A stretch of DNA of 64,000 bases from Octopus vulgaris (lineage: Eukaryota): assembly GCA_951406725.2 (NCBI GenBank), contig OX597814.1, forward strand, positions 115,568,001-115,632,000, written 5' to 3'. Under the pieces are notes generated by a model. The model saw only the letters and a list, made by a program, of their open reading frames with translations. It made no database searches and had not been told where the DNA came from. The position numbers and the translations under genes are program-made. This document shows, one piece after another, positions 35,415 to 49,289 of this stretch (position 1 is its first letter; each line of letters opens with the position of its first letter).

Positions 35415-36661
35415 CTGAAAATATAATTGAGCAACTTTACTAAGGATCAGTTCATATGAAGAGAAGAATATTGCAAAATTTAAAAAAAAAACAAACAAAT
35501 ATCTCATAACTGATCAATTATTTCCAACAGTGCAACCCACTATATAAAAAATAAAAATAAAATACAGCAAACGAAGTGCCCCAGTATGGCCATAGTCCTC
35601 AGACTGAAACTTGAAGTGCAAAAAAAAAAAAAAATTATTAGAAAGAACATAAGGAGAACAGAGTATCCCTTGGCCTCCCCGTCAGTGAAGAGTGCAACTA
35701 TCCACATGAGCAGAAGCAAATTGCAGAATTCAGTGAATTCCAGCTCCTGGATCCCATCATTCTAAGGTTCTATCTGGCCAAGTGGCTGCAATATAACGGT
35801 GTTGCTCATTGCCATCACCTTTTATCTTCCTTAGTCAAATATTAGCGAAGATGATTTGACAAACTGCACCAAATTATAGCCATATTCCAGGTAAAAATAA
35901 AGCTCCTACTGTACAGCATTCCTCTCTATTTAGGATCATCACAATCCACAAAGTAGACTGTACGTGGTTACTTTGCTAGAAATGGCAGTCAAATCTCCTT
36001 CAAATTGCAATCTAGTGTCTTGAAAAAGAGAAAATACACTGAACAATGCAGACTTAGATATACTGTCTGAAAAAAAAAAAAAAATGATCGATCAGTCTGA
36101 TCAATTTCTTATTCAAAAGACACCTACAATTTAACAACAGCTGCCTCTCAAAACTTAACCCATTGCCTGCCATGAGCCCCATTTGGGGATCTGCTAAAAA
36201 CAGTCTCACTGCCAGTTGTTCATTGTATTTAAAGTGAATTGCTTATGAACATTGCATTTGCAGAGGTGTGTTTAACAATATTTAGTAGTTAAAGTTTCTC
36301 AATATTAGCTCTGGCTAGCTCTAGAGGATATTTTATGCCATAAATTGCAATTTTTGAACTACAAAAATATTGACCGTTTTGAAAACTTTTTTTTTTTTCA
36401 TTTCCCATCTATATCATTGATTGATACGTCATACACATTTGCATTTGATATTATAGTTTCAAAAAACTAAAATGTTTATTATTGCAATTGAACAGAAAAG
36501 GATAAATATGCTGTCATAATTTCCAAAAGAATTCACATGTGAAGAAAATTTAAATACAATTTATTATTTTAACCCCTAAGACTTGGCAAAGCCAAAAAAC
36601 ATGAATAAAAAAAATTGGCAGTTAAAGGGTTTATGAAGTAGAAAACATTTTATTAACTTAC

Positions 36662-36801
36662 TTCGGCTACATTTTCAGGACCCCCAAGTTCATCAATTAA
36701 ATGATCCAAAGTATTTGGGGGAAGAATATCTGATAGTTTCTCAATACTTTCCAGCAATTCTCTTTTCATAGCAATAGCTTTGTCAATGCTATCCATACCA
36801 A
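36662..36801 (-). CDS. SBNO1: SBNO exon [17 protein letters not shown]...[21 protein letters not shown]
   Basis: AG/GT boundaries, conserved sequence. Confidence 0.95.
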
Positions 36802-36858
36802 CTGCAATGAAAATAACATCTCATTTATCATCTTCAATTCACAGAATAACAATAAAAT

Positions 36859-37240
36859 AACAAGAGAATTTGGAGAGTGCAAACCTCTACCAAGGCAACA
36901 CCAACATCCTCTCAACGATTAGCCAGAGATGATTTTTAAAATGAGAATATCTGAAATAAACTCGACTGCTCTTACAAATGAAAATACTAAAAATGAACCT
37001 GACCACCCTCAAAAATTAAGTAAAAAAACTAAAAAAAAAAAACAGGAAAAATAATCCAGAATCCTTGTCCAGAACTGGATCGATCCCAAAATCTAATTAG
37101 TTTGTGCCAGTCATGAGGCTGAACATCCTTGAAAGTTTCATCCAAATCCATCCAGTGGTTCTTGAGATATCTTGACCATGGACAGACAAACAAACGTGAC
37201 TGAAAACAATACCTCTGCCCTCACTAAGGAGGAGATAATA
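36859..37240 (+). mobile_element. DINE-1/HINE-like non-autonomous Helentron-type element
   Basis: 5' AACAAGAG..AAACCTCTACC and 3' ACCTCTGCC..GGAGGAGAT hairpin; internal GACAGACAAACAAAC microsatellite. A truncated 5' piece of the same family is at 19028-19087. Confidence 0.5.
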
Positions 37241-37925
37241 ACAATTTTTAATATAGGCACAAGTTCACAAATTTTAACCCCACATCGGTTGATGTAAATT
37301 TATGTGCAGTGTTCTCGTATTGAACCAGATGATAATAGAGGCCACCATGCAAATTACAAGGAATCTGAAAGGTTTGTTAGACCCTTCATGTAAATATTTC
37401 CAACTCAGTTTGTGACTTCATCACCATAATAGTATAAAGCAGCAGTTTTGGCAGTTACACCACCATTTCCACTATTATGACTTCCTATCAAATTCACACA
37501 CGTTCAGCAAATCCTTCTGGTCCTTCACAGAATTTCCAGTTGCATCCAGCCATGCCAGTTTCATTGAATTTACAGTCCTCGCAGTGATGACAGTTTACAT
37601 AAATAAGTAGTGCATGCTTTAAAGTGCTTGATACAAATATACGCCAAACCATTGTCATGCGCTAATTGCTGATCTTGCCAAGATGATTACCATCAGTGCA
37701 ACCTAATTGCCTGATAAAAAACCAATGCCAGGGGAGACCCTTCTGTATCACCAGCAGGTATATCAGGGTCTCGAGCATTTCCCCACTCAGCCTGTATGCT
37801 TCACCAGAGTGGGGGCACTGAGGACTGTATAGTCTTCACCTGTAGAAGAGTTCCACTTGCAGTCTCTTATCTTAATTACTATAACAACAGAATTGAAAAA
37901 AAATGTTAACAGTTTGAAGACTTAC

Positions 37926-38141
37926 TGGTATTGTTGAATAAGGAAGAATGGTTACTGTCAGTAGACAATGAGTTACTTTTCTTCAATAATCCCACAGCAG
38001 CTAAAGCTTTATCAAACTGAGCATCTTCATCCTCGTCGTCATCGTCTTCTACTTTGTTATTCTTATGCTTCTTGCTTTTCTTGGACTTTTTCTTCTTTAC
38101 TTTGTTTTTAGATTTAGCCTTTGACTTCTTTAACCAAGGAT
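37926..38141 (-). CDS. SBNO1: SBNO Lys-rich (NLS-like) exon DPWLKKSKAKSKNKVKKKK...ALAAVGLL...NNT
   Basis: AG and GTAAGT boundaries, phase 1-1; DPWL conserved. Confidence 0.9.
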
Positions 38142-39145
38142 CTAGGAAAAATAAAAACAAAATAATTTATATTACAAGAAACTCTGTTTTCTGGTAGCCA
38201 GGCTAGGACACTCCCAACATGTCAGATTCTATAAAATATGGGAAAGCATCAAACAAACAAATTTCTTAGCAAGCAATAATTTGTAGGTATGGCTGTGTGG
38301 TTAAGTTTGCTTTACACCCATGTGGTTCTGGGTTCAATCCCACTGCACACCAAAGAATTGTAAGTGGATTTTGGCAGACAGAAACTGTAACAAGCCTCTC
38401 TTATGCATACATGCAACATCATCATTTGCCTATTTTCCATGCTGGCATGGGTTAGATGGTTGACAGGAGTTGGCAAGCAAGAGAGCTGCACAAGGCTCAA
38501 GTTATCTGTTTTGGCATAGTTTCTACAGCTGGATGCCCTTCTTAATGGCAACCACTTTACAGAGGCACACCAATGCTATTTATGTGACACCAACGCCCAC
38601 AAATTTGCAGCTGAGCGGGATATACATATCGCTGCTATGATGTTAAACTGTCGTATATGCAAATTTGGCCAAATACATTTTTTCCAATATTAACTTTTGC
38701 TTGCTATAGCCAGTTCCTTTGGTCAAACTATCATATTTCCAGCTGCCTCAGATGCCAAGATATGAAAAATTGTCAAAGTGTAGCACAACAGTTTTGCTAT
38801 GGAATAGTGGAACTATTGTTCTGCTTTCTGAAAAAACAACATTTTGGACTTAAACACTTTTGCATAATAGCAACTATATATATATATGTGGAGGCGCAAT
38901 GGCCTAGTGGTTAGGGCAGCGGACTTGCGGTCGGAGGATCGCGGTTTCGATTCCCAGACCGGGCGTTGTGTGTGTTTATTGAGCGAAAACACCTAAAAGC
39001 TCCACGAGGCTCCGGCAGGGGATGGTGGTGATCCCTGCTGTACTCTTTCACCACTCTAAAGGCGGTGCTCCAGCATGGCCGCAGTCAAATGACTGAAACA
39101 AGTACAAAAAAAAAAATATATATATATATATATATAAAAACACAC

Positions 39146-39438
39146 ACAGAGTTTCTCTCATATATACTTATTTTGTTGTGGGTGCATCATCATCATCATC
39201 ATTTGTCCGCTTTCCATGCTAGCATGGATTGGACGATTTAACTGAGGGCTGGCAAATCAGATGGCTGCACCAGGCTCCAATCTTGTAGAAACTCTGCCAG
39301 ATCAAGATTGGAGCCTGGTGCAGCCATCTGGTTCGCTAGCCCTCTCAGTCAAATCGTTCAACCCATGCTAGCATGGAAGGCGGACGTTAAACAATGATGC
39401 ACACACAACAAAATAAGTATATATGAGAAAAACTCTGT
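39146..39438. repeat. inverted duplication of an RTE tail plus adjacent sequence
   Basis: Arms of about 140 bp centred near 39284-39300. Confidence 0.85.
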
Positions 39439-39445
39439 TTATTTA

Positions 39446-39518
<73 letters not shown>

Positions 39519-39809
39519 GTCTTGATATTAGCATATTTGTGGTTAACAAAATCACTTTTCATACAAAGGTGGTGTCTAAAAACAAGTCCAGCCATTGAGC
39601 TGCTTGTGTTTGAAGGACTAGGAGAAATAATACCTAGCTTGGAAACAGAGGAGGGTTAATGACAGCAAGAGCATCCAGCCTTAGTAAATCTCCCTCATCA
39701 AGTTTCATCTGAACCACGCATGGAAAAATGGACATTAAATCAATTTTAACCTCTTTTTTTTAATAATGGCAAAATTTTAGCTTCCTATAGAAGTTGACAC
39801 ATTTCTTAC

Positions 39810-39968
39810 CTTCATCACTGTCTGAGCCACTACCAAATGGATTAAAATCATCACTAGATTCGGACTCAGAAGTCTCACTTAGACTTAAACTTATATCACT
39901 GCTGTCTGAACTGGAATCATCAGAAAAGTCTGTCTTTTGACGTTTTGCATTCCCATCTTGATTGTTCC
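39810..39968 (-). CDS. SBNO1: SBNO acidic/Ser-rich linker exon GNNQDGNAKRQK...DDFNPFGSGSDSDE
   Basis: AG/GT boundaries, phase 1-1; the DDFNPF motif is conserved in SBNO1. Confidence 0.92.
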
Positions 39969-40267
39969 CTGAAATAAAACAAGAAATAAAGCAATGAGAA
40001 AAGCTAACCAATAACAAGTGGCCAGGGGTCAGCCTGTAAAATTGAAACAAGTCTACATCAACCACATATTGACACACCAAATAGTATTATTATATTCTAT
40101 TTCTTGCCAACATTTCTACTGAAAGTAAGACTAAATTAAAAACGATAACCTCATGATTATATCTTTTACTTGTTTCAGTTACTAGACTGCAGCCATTCTG
40201 AAGAATTCTTAGTCAAATTGATCGATCCCAGTACTCCCCTATTCCTTATTTTATCAAAAGCCTCGTT

Positions 40268-40705
40268 ATCACCATCGTTTAACGTCCGCTTTCCATGCTA
40301 GCATGGGTTGGACGATTTTGACTGGCGAACCAGATGGCTGCACCAGGCTCCAATCTTGATCTGGCAGAGTTTCTACAGCTGGATGCCCTTCCTAATGCCA
40401 ACCACTCCGAGAGTGTAGCGGGTGCTTTTACGTGCCACTGGCACGAGGGCCAGTCAGGCAGTACTGGCAACGACCACACACAAATGGTGTTTTTTACGTG
40501 CCACTTGCACAGGAGCCAGTCCAGCGACGCTGGCAACAACCTCGCTTGAATGTTTTTTAAACGTGCCAGTAAGGCGACGCTGATAACGATCACACTCAAA
40601 TGGTGCTTTTTACATGCCACCGGCACAGAAGCCAGTCAGCTGCTCTGGCAACGATCACGCTCAGATGGTGCTCTTAGCACTCCACTAGCACGGATGCCAG
40701 TCTAG
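40268..40705 (-). mobile_element. 5'-truncated RTE 3' tail, representative of a high-copy family
   Basis: Ends ...CCATGCTAGCATGGAAAGCGGACGTTAAACGATG. Similar copies at ~1590-1870, 10857-11290, 18077-18310, 21048-21270, 47160-47537, 48030-48322, 49757-50070, 57250-57575, 58053-58217, 61845-61950, 63783-64000. Confidence 0.85.
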
Positions 40706-43106
40706 AATTTGATTTCAATTACTTACTTTATCAGTCTCTATTGTCACTAAGTTATAGGAACATAAACACACCAACACCAGTTGTCAAGTATACAGCACCA
40801 TATGTTTCTCAGTCCTATATTGCTTGAAACTCCACAAATTAAATCACCCTTTTACATTAGTTTTTAAGAGAGTTGTTATGATTCCCCTAATTCAAGGGAG
40901 AAAACTTCCTCCCATTTACACAAGTTTATATTTACAAAAAGAATCAAAATCACTTTTCTTCAGTTTTCTATCTCTTCAGAAACACCCAACAAATCTGAAA
41001 GGATACTGGAATCAACAGGATTTTGCTGATGTTGGATTAAAACAGAGAAATGCTTTTACTGATGTGTCTAGACTTTAGGGTCATAAAGTGTATGAGAGAA
41101 AAAAAGACAATTCTCTATCTAGCAGGGAATTTATTTTCTGAAGTTGAAGTCTTCAATAATAAATGTACTTTAAAACCACATTTTGAAAAAAATACATTAA
41201 AATTAGAATTAAGAACTTTCTATAGTGTTGACAGTAATTGCTTTATTTTAGTTACATACTCCAAAACTAATTAATAGGCAGCTTTCTTTATTACTGTATA
41301 AATTCTGTAACAATTGTTAACATAAACCTCATGTTGCTGGATTTTTGTCATTGGGGGGGGGTCATTTTCTATCAAAACTTTCATTGAAAAATAACAATTC
41401 ATTCAAGTGACAGCTTATTTGACGATATAATCAATGAGAACCAGAGTAATATATCTATAACTTCCAGCAGATACGATGTCCAAATTCAATCTGATTTTTT
41501 TTTAAGTGACTTGGCTAAAATAATACCAGAAACCCTGAACCATTAACCAATGTTCTTTGTCCAGAAATGCTTTAAGGACTTAATTTTTACATCATTTTCA
41601 ACCCCTCACCTTTTTTAATTGATTTACTGAACTACTAATATTTGTATCACAGTAAACTTATGCTGCATGACCAGGACATTGTACTAAACAAATCAAACAC
41701 AGATAGATTTATTACCACATAAGTTATGTCGGTATCAAGAATACAATATGGCAATGCTTTTACTAGTGTGTAGCCTAACCAATTTGGAAAATCTGCTACT
41801 TGGGCTTCAACACCTGTCTGCTTACAGACTAGTGAGGTTTAAACTGCCTAGAAAAATCTATCAAAAAGACCATAATAGAAATAAAAACATGCAACAGATG
41901 AAGAATTTAGGCTTTGGACTTGTCCCAATTCATAAAGACTTGTAATTTAGAAACAGCATGAATGCTTTAATTGAACAGGTTTCTAACACAGGTAGTTTTA
42001 AAATATGGTAAATGCATGAAAATCATAAAATAATTTCAGAATTATTTAATAATAAACCTTCTTATTATAGACATAAGACCTGAAAATTTGTGAGAAGCGG
42101 GTTGCCAGTTACATCAACCCCAAATCACAATTGGTACTTATTTCATCGACTCCAAGAGGAAGAAAAGCAAAGTCGATCTCGGCAGAATTTGAACTCAGAA
42201 TGTAAAGTCAGAAGACACAGTGCTAAGCATTTTGTCTGGCGTGCTAACAATTCTGCCAGCTCACTGAAGCAGTAATAATAATCCATGCAATAGCACTCAT
42301 GGCTTCTAATCTTAACTGATCGAATGTGTTAAAATGTACATAGTTTGTCTTGGTATAAAAGATGGGCTAAGGCTAATATTCTGCTCAATATCACAGATTT
42401 GCTTGTCAGTTGCTTGACCTTAAACCAGTCGAGCATGTCCCTTAGTGGTTGACAATATGTGCATCTCTGACCATGAGCAAGAGTAGTGGGGGATCATCAT
42501 AACCATGTATTGACAGGGATTCTTTGGGGTTTGAATTATTCACTCCTGGCAACGTGGGTGTTTCATTTATCATCCTTAATCCTTATTCAGGTAGATTGGG
42601 CTACTTGACTTGAAGAAAATTCTAACTGGGCCCCACATGTAAGGTCATGCGCTGTTTTATCTTGATACGAAATCACCATGTTGCACACACATGGTTGTAA
42701 TGCATATGCCTGGGGTACCCTTATCAGACAAGTAGTTATGATGGGTTTATTGGGCTTCATATATTTGTACCCCAAAGCCACTTTGGTGGCAGGCTGCACT
42801 CTCACTCAAAAATAATTATAATGATGGTAATAATAATAATCTTTTCTATTCTAGGCACAAGGCCCGAAACTTTTGGGGAGTGGGAGCCAGTCGATTAGAT
42901 CGACCCCAGTATGCAACTGGTACTTAATTTATTGACACCGATAAGATGAAAGGCAAAGTCAATCTCAGCTGAATTTGAACTCAGAACATAAAGACAGACG
43001 AAATACCGCTAAGCATTTCGACCAGTGTGCTAATGTTTCTGCCAGCTCACCACCTTGGCAGTGGCAGCAGTAGTTGTAGTAGTAGTAATAATTATAATAA
43101 TAATAC

Positions 43107-43252
43107 CTTTCTTTCTTTTCATATTACTGTTCAAACTGGAACCATTATCTGAAAAACCATCGCTCTTACATCCTCCCAGATTGAGGAAATCCATTGTTTT
43201 TCGCCTGTCAGGTGCAGGAAAGTGTTTTTCGACTAATGTTTGGAAAACACCT
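43107..43252 (-). CDS. SBNO1: SBNO exon GVFQTLVEKHFPAPDRRKTMDFLNL...MKRKK
   Basis: AG/GT boundaries, conserved EKHFPAPDR. Confidence 0.93.
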
Positions 43253-43672
43253 CTGAAATATTGAAGTAAAACAATTTAGTTAGTATTACAACTATTTATT
43301 TCACTGTTGTTTATATCGTAGAAAAGTAACAGACACCCAATTCAAAAGTCAAACTGACTTTTGACATTTGTTCTGTCTATAGCTAAATCAGGTCATCAAG
43401 TTAATAACCATCACTTGTAAAAATCACCACAATTCAAACACATTCTGAACCATTCCATTCATTCTATCATTGCATAGTTTAGTGTCAATTAATTTACTTC
43501 TCTCATCTCCTTGGTGACACTCAGCATCACTTATTCATAAGACAGACCCAAACCACCTTTCATAGACGTGAACATTGTGCATATTTCACTCTCGCCCCTG
43601 TAAACCCCTTAAGTGCAATATCCATGCAACATTATTACTACCCTTGCCAGCTCAAGTAACAACTCCTTAATC

Positions 43673-44235
43673 CAGGGGTTCTCAACCATTTTTTTACTTA
43701 TGGACACCTTTGGTTCTTATTTAACTTGGGTGGACCCTCATAGCCATTCAATGTTCAAAAAATCCTATTTTATTTTTATACTTAAATATTATTAGGATTT
43801 GTATAAAATTATTAAAAAAGGGGTTTCAGGGAATAGCATCCCTGCCTTCCTCAGCTAGTTTTCCCACATTTCTTAAAAAAATTGTGGTAGAGGCCTTGGT
43901 CTTGGGACCACTCATGTCTAGAAACTGAGGTTGGGGGGTAAGCAAGGGCGTGCTGCCCATAGAAAATCCAGCTCCAAAAAAGCCTCACCATAGCTAAAGA
44001 GAATGGGCACCAGCCAGCTGAAAGGTTGGGGTGGGCTGCACCTGCCTGCCTCGGTTGCTATGGCATTGAGGTAGATCCGGCCACCCACTTTAACGAGGAC
44101 AAAACCCAGATTTAAAACATTGGATGATGATAAAAGTAATCGTTAAAATATTTTGTGTACTGTAGACAAATCACTAATGGACAAATCACTATGGACCCCA
44201 CAAAATCTTACATGGGCCCTGGCTGAGAACCCTTG
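43673..44235. mobile_element. hAT-like MITE with a nested repeat
   Basis: TIRs CAGGGGTTCTCAACC / GGCTGAGAACCCTTG; 8-bp TSD CCTTAATC / TCTTAATC. Confidence 0.7.
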
Positions 44236-45686
44236 TCTTAATCCTTTAGCATTCAGATTACTTATTTATTCACATTGTTTTGAATTAATCCTGCATTATT
44301 TCATAGCTTTGAGATTTCAATGAGATTGTACTTTTTCTTAGAATGACATCATAGGGTGTGTGTGAAAGACCAGATCTGGCCAGTCTTAACATAAAACGGG
44401 AAGAATACTTGAGCTGGATATGGCAGGTTTAAACTTCTACCTCTCCCTTATTCACCGACCCTTCTACTCTCACAGCAACCATCTCCAGGACTGATTAGAT
44501 CTCCTAGGTAATAGAAAGTATCACCTAGGTTTAGTGAGCTGTTTGCTGGTTCTCTGTCAGTCTAACAAAAATCCCTCTCTACCATCAGTATACCTTATAA
44601 AGCAGTGCCTCTTTCCAGAGTGACTGGAGTTTTAGGCTCACTTTTGCTGACAAGCATTTTGATCTACATCGTGTTGGCCTTTAAGATTTCACCTGTAGAT
44701 CATAATTCCAAGTTTGGAACATTTTCAGCAAAACTCAGGCAAATCTGAAACATTAACACATGAGCAAAGAAAAAAAAAAGTTCCCAAAATACAACCAGTC
44801 CTGAACAGAAACAGATCTGTATGAGGCTTTTCAAATATGTATTTGGTTTACTTAAAGAGAACATCTATATTTCCCCATAGCTGATGCTTGCTTTCAAATA
44901 TATAATTACAGATTTGCATATATAAAACATGTTTTGGGTATTCTGGACTATACTAGCATGATGATGATGAAATTGAGTTTATATATATAATATTAGGGAG
45001 TATAACTCCAAACTTATAGGGAAAAATTCAGTTTAGTATTAAATCAAATTTCACAATATAAATATATAAAATATAAATTAGAGATAAAACCACTATTATG
45101 CAATTTAAACAATGATAGACATAAACCAAAACATAAATAACAAATAACATATATTTTATTTGTTATGTTTTGGTTTAATGTCTATCATTGTTTGAATTGC
45201 ATAATAGTGGTTTTATCTCTAATTTATATTTTATATATATATTGGATTAGATTGCCTGTGTCCAGTCTACTGCTGGACAATGGCCTCAGCACGTTCTCTC
45301 CACCAATCACAGTCTGTTGTGGAGGCTGTGAATTTGAGCTCGAGAACATACAGGTTTTGAGGATACTACTCTTCCACACTGGTTTGGCATGGCTTAGCAG
45401 AGGGATGGAGTTTTTATACCTTTACCTGGGTGTACTTAAATTCAGCTACATTAACTCGGGGCTCAACTGGTGCTTATTTTATAGACCCACCCCCCCACAA
45501 AAGGATGAAAGACAAAGGAGGCCCCAGCAGAATCTGAATCCAGAACATAAGGACAGATGAAATATTGCTAAGCATTTCGCCCAGTATACTAACAATTCTG
45601 CCAGGTCACCTTGAACACACACACATATATATAACAGACACTTAGAAATTGTGTTATAATCTAATAATTGCAGTAAAAGATCTTAC

Positions 45687-45784
45687 TTAGCAGTTGAGAC
45701 AAAATCATTGAGCTCCCCACCATGTTCCTCGAGCTGTTCCAAAGTACGGGCTTCACCAGTAGATTGCAGGCCAATTACAACACA
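45687..45784 (-). CDS. SBNO1: SBNO exon [33 protein letters not shown]
   Basis: AG/GT boundaries, conserved sequence. Confidence 0.96.
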
Positions 45785-45909
45785 CTGCACAACAAAATGA
45801 ATTGGGATTAAATTATTTTATGCATTCAGGAATATAAAACAAAAAACAAAATCTTTTTCTAATAGGGGGAAGAAAAAAAAGACAAAGGAAAAAAGGCGAG
45901 CAAAATTAC

Positions 45910-46092
45910 CTTTCCATTTTTGACTGCTTCTCGAGTGAGTTTCACACAGTGTCCCACTTTTGCCGATATACAGAGATACTTGAAAAAGCGTTGATGTGCA
46001 GACCAAAACTGTCCCCACATTGACTTTCTCATTCGCTGCTCAGCTCCAATTAATTCGGCTGCTTTTTGGAACAATTCTCGTGCTCGTACCCA
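45910..46092 (-). CDS. SBNO1: SBNO exon [42 protein letters not shown]...KNGK
   Basis: AG/GT boundaries, conserved sequence. Confidence 0.97.
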
Positions 46093-48756
46093 CTAAAATC
46101 AAATAATAAACTCTATTTTATATAGGTATATACACAATATATGCATACACATACACACACACACACGTATATAATACACAAAGTAAAGTGGTTGACATTA
46201 AGAAGGGTGTTCAACCATAGAAATTATGCCAAAGCTGACTTTGGGGCCAGGCACAGCTCCCTGGCTTGTTGGACCCTGTCAAACCATCAAATCGATGCCA
46301 GCATGGAAGACAGATGTAAAAAGGATACATGGCTAAATTGTTAAGAAGTTAATTTCACAACCACATGGTCATGTGTTCAATCCCATTGCATGGCATTTGA
46401 AACAAATGTCATTTTCTATAGCCTCAAGGTAACTCAAACATTTTCAGCAAAACTGGGTAGATGGAAATTATATGGACGCCTGACAGATAGGATGTATTTG
46501 TTCTCCAAAAGTGCAGCTTCGTCACAGTTTCATAGTGATTCTGCTAAAGAATTATGTTAAGAGTACATTATGACTGCGAAATAGTCAGCCACTTACATGT
46601 TAATTCAATGAACAGGAAATTCCTTTTATCAAACACAGACATGGTCGTGTAGTAAGAAGCTTGCTTCCCAACCACATGGTTCCAGGTTCAGTCCCACTAT
46701 ATGACACCGTGGGCAAGTGTCTTCTACTATAGCCTCGGGCCAATCAGAGCCTTGTGAGTGGATTTGGTAGATGGAAACTGAAAGAAGCCTTTCGTGTATA
46801 TGTGTCCCCCCACCACTGGCTGACAGTTGATGTTGGTGTGTTTATATCTCTGTAACTTAGCAGCTCAGCTAAAGAGACTGATAGAACAAGTACATAAGTA
46901 CCAGGCTTTAAAAATAAAAAAAGTACTGGTGTCGATTCATTCGACTAAAAGTGTTCAAGGCTGTACCCCAGCATGGCCACAGTCTAACGACTGAAAGAAA
47001 TAGACGATAAAAGATAAGCAACTGGATCCTAATCACCAAAACCAACAGAGGAGTATCCACCCATGTATTCACAAATTACAGAACTACTCTATTGCTAAGA
47101 TGATGGTAAATTTCAAGTGAAATCTTACCAGCAGAAACATTTATTTTAACAACACAAAGCGTCGCCTTACTGGCACTTGTGCCCATGCTAGTAGGGTGCC
47201 AAGAGCACCATCTGAGCGTGATCGTTGCCAGAACAGCCAACTGGCTCCATGCCGGTGGCACATAAAAGGCACCATTTGAGTGTGATCGTTACCAATGTCG
47301 CCTTACTGGCACCTGTGCCGCTGGCATGTGTAAAAAGATTCGAGCGAGCTCATTGCCAGTATCACCTGACTGGCGCGTAAAAAGCACCCACTACACTCTC
47401 GGAGTGGTTGGCGTTAGGAAGGGCATCCAGCTGTAGAAACTTTGCCAGATCAAGATTGGAGCCTGGTGCAGCCGTCTGTCAAAATCGTCCAACCCACGCT
47501 AGCATGAAAAGCAGACGTTAAATGATGATGATGATGACAAAATGGAAAACAAAGAAGGGTAAAGATTTTAGAGTTTTCATTATAAACACACATTTTGCAG
47601 GTATGTTCACACGTTGATTCTTCCCAGCTCAGTTTTTTTCCCAACTTCACTTCTGTTGCAACAAATTTTAATCAGTGTTATTCAAATATTTTTAAGACAG
47701 TAACATAACATTTAATTTTACTTTGAATGACTTTATGCAAAATAACTGTTCTCAATTTTCATACTCTTCTGATGTCACTAAGACAATATTGCCAAAAAAG
47801 CATTTAGTCCTTTAACACACACAAATGAAAAATTATATTTATGTAAACATTCCCATCTAATTGGTGCCTTCTGAGCTAACTTAATTACAAGTAATTATAT
47901 CAGAGTCTTAGTTCGAGAGTTACATCTTGCAGATGCCCAGGCTGGGTACTAACTACAATCTCACCGGTCTGAGCAGGCCTGGAAAGATCAGAGTACTGCC
48001 CCATCTCGAAATAACATATATAAATATTCCCTTGTCGGTGGCACATAAAAAGCACCATCCGAACGTGGCCGATGCCAGTGCCGTCTTCCGTGCCAGTGGC
48101 ACATAACAAGCACCAACCGATTGTGTTCATTGCTAGCCTCTGTGCCAGTGGCACGTAAAAAGCATCCACTACACTCTCGGAGTAGTTGGCATTAGGAAGG
48201 ACATCCAGCTGTAGAAACACTGCCAGATCAGACTGGAGCCTGGTGCAGCCTCCTGGATTCCCAGACCCCAGTGGAACCGTCCAACCCATGCCAGCATGGA
48301 AAACACATTAAATGATGATGATGTTGGAATTTGCTTGAAGCACTACAAAAGCACGAAAAAAAATACCTTTAAGCAATACAAGCAAGAATTTAGGCAAAAT
48401 AATTAGGTGATGACAATGGATAAAAACTAAAAGAAATTGTATTATCTTATTTAGATTGTTTGATGCTTCTATCATATTTTGGAAAAGATTCCTCTTATCA
48501 AATATATAAGTATTACAAGCAAAAAGAAAATCCTAGCACAATAAGCCAATTTCTATAAACTCTAATGAAATTACTTATAGATCAGAATATGCTTCCAAGC
48601 GATTTCACAAGACCATTTCACACCTCCGCAACATGTAGAAACCCATAAAGTAGTCGAACAACCTGCTACAAAGCATTCAATTCTTACTGGTTTGAGAAGA
48701 TTGGTAACACAATAAACAGGACACTGAGTTTAAAGCGATTAAATAAGACAACTCAC

Positions 48757-48910
48757 CAATTCCACTGATTTGTTGTAAACTAACACAAAATCTTTTGAAA
48801 GAGTTATTTCCTCTATTCGAAAAGAAGTTCCGACAAAACTCAACTGACGAGCTATATACATGCCTCGTAGTTTCATATCCATAGCTACAAGTTCCATAGC
48901 ACCAACACCA
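48757..48910 (-). CDS. SBNO1: SBNO exon [25 protein letters not shown]...KSVEL
   Basis: AG/GT boundaries; overlaps ORF 48739-48921. Confidence 0.96.
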
Positions 48911-48945
48911 CTAGAAAACAAAATATAGATAATTTAGATCACTTT

Positions 48946-48987
<42 letters not shown>

Positions 48988-49183
48988 ATCTTGAAAGCAT
49001 CTCATATACATTGTGTATGCAATGTAAAATAACAATATTTGGAACACAAAGCAGTAAATATATCTAACTCGCACCAATTTTTAAAATGATTGGCCTTCAA
49101 ATGTTGGGTATTACATGCATAATACCCTACATAGGGAACCAAGTATAACCTTCATTTAGTGTATAACATTCATTTAAACCTAC

Positions 49184-49289
49184 CGTCTCTCCACAGCCTG
49201 TATAAAATCATTGAATTCTTTAAATGGTGTACCATGACCCCATAATCCAAGTCGTGTCATGTACGCCATATTTTTTGGTTCGGATGCAC
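49184..49289 (-). CDS. SBNO1: SBNO exon [35 protein letters not shown]
   Basis: AG/GT boundaries, phase 1-2. Confidence 0.96.
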
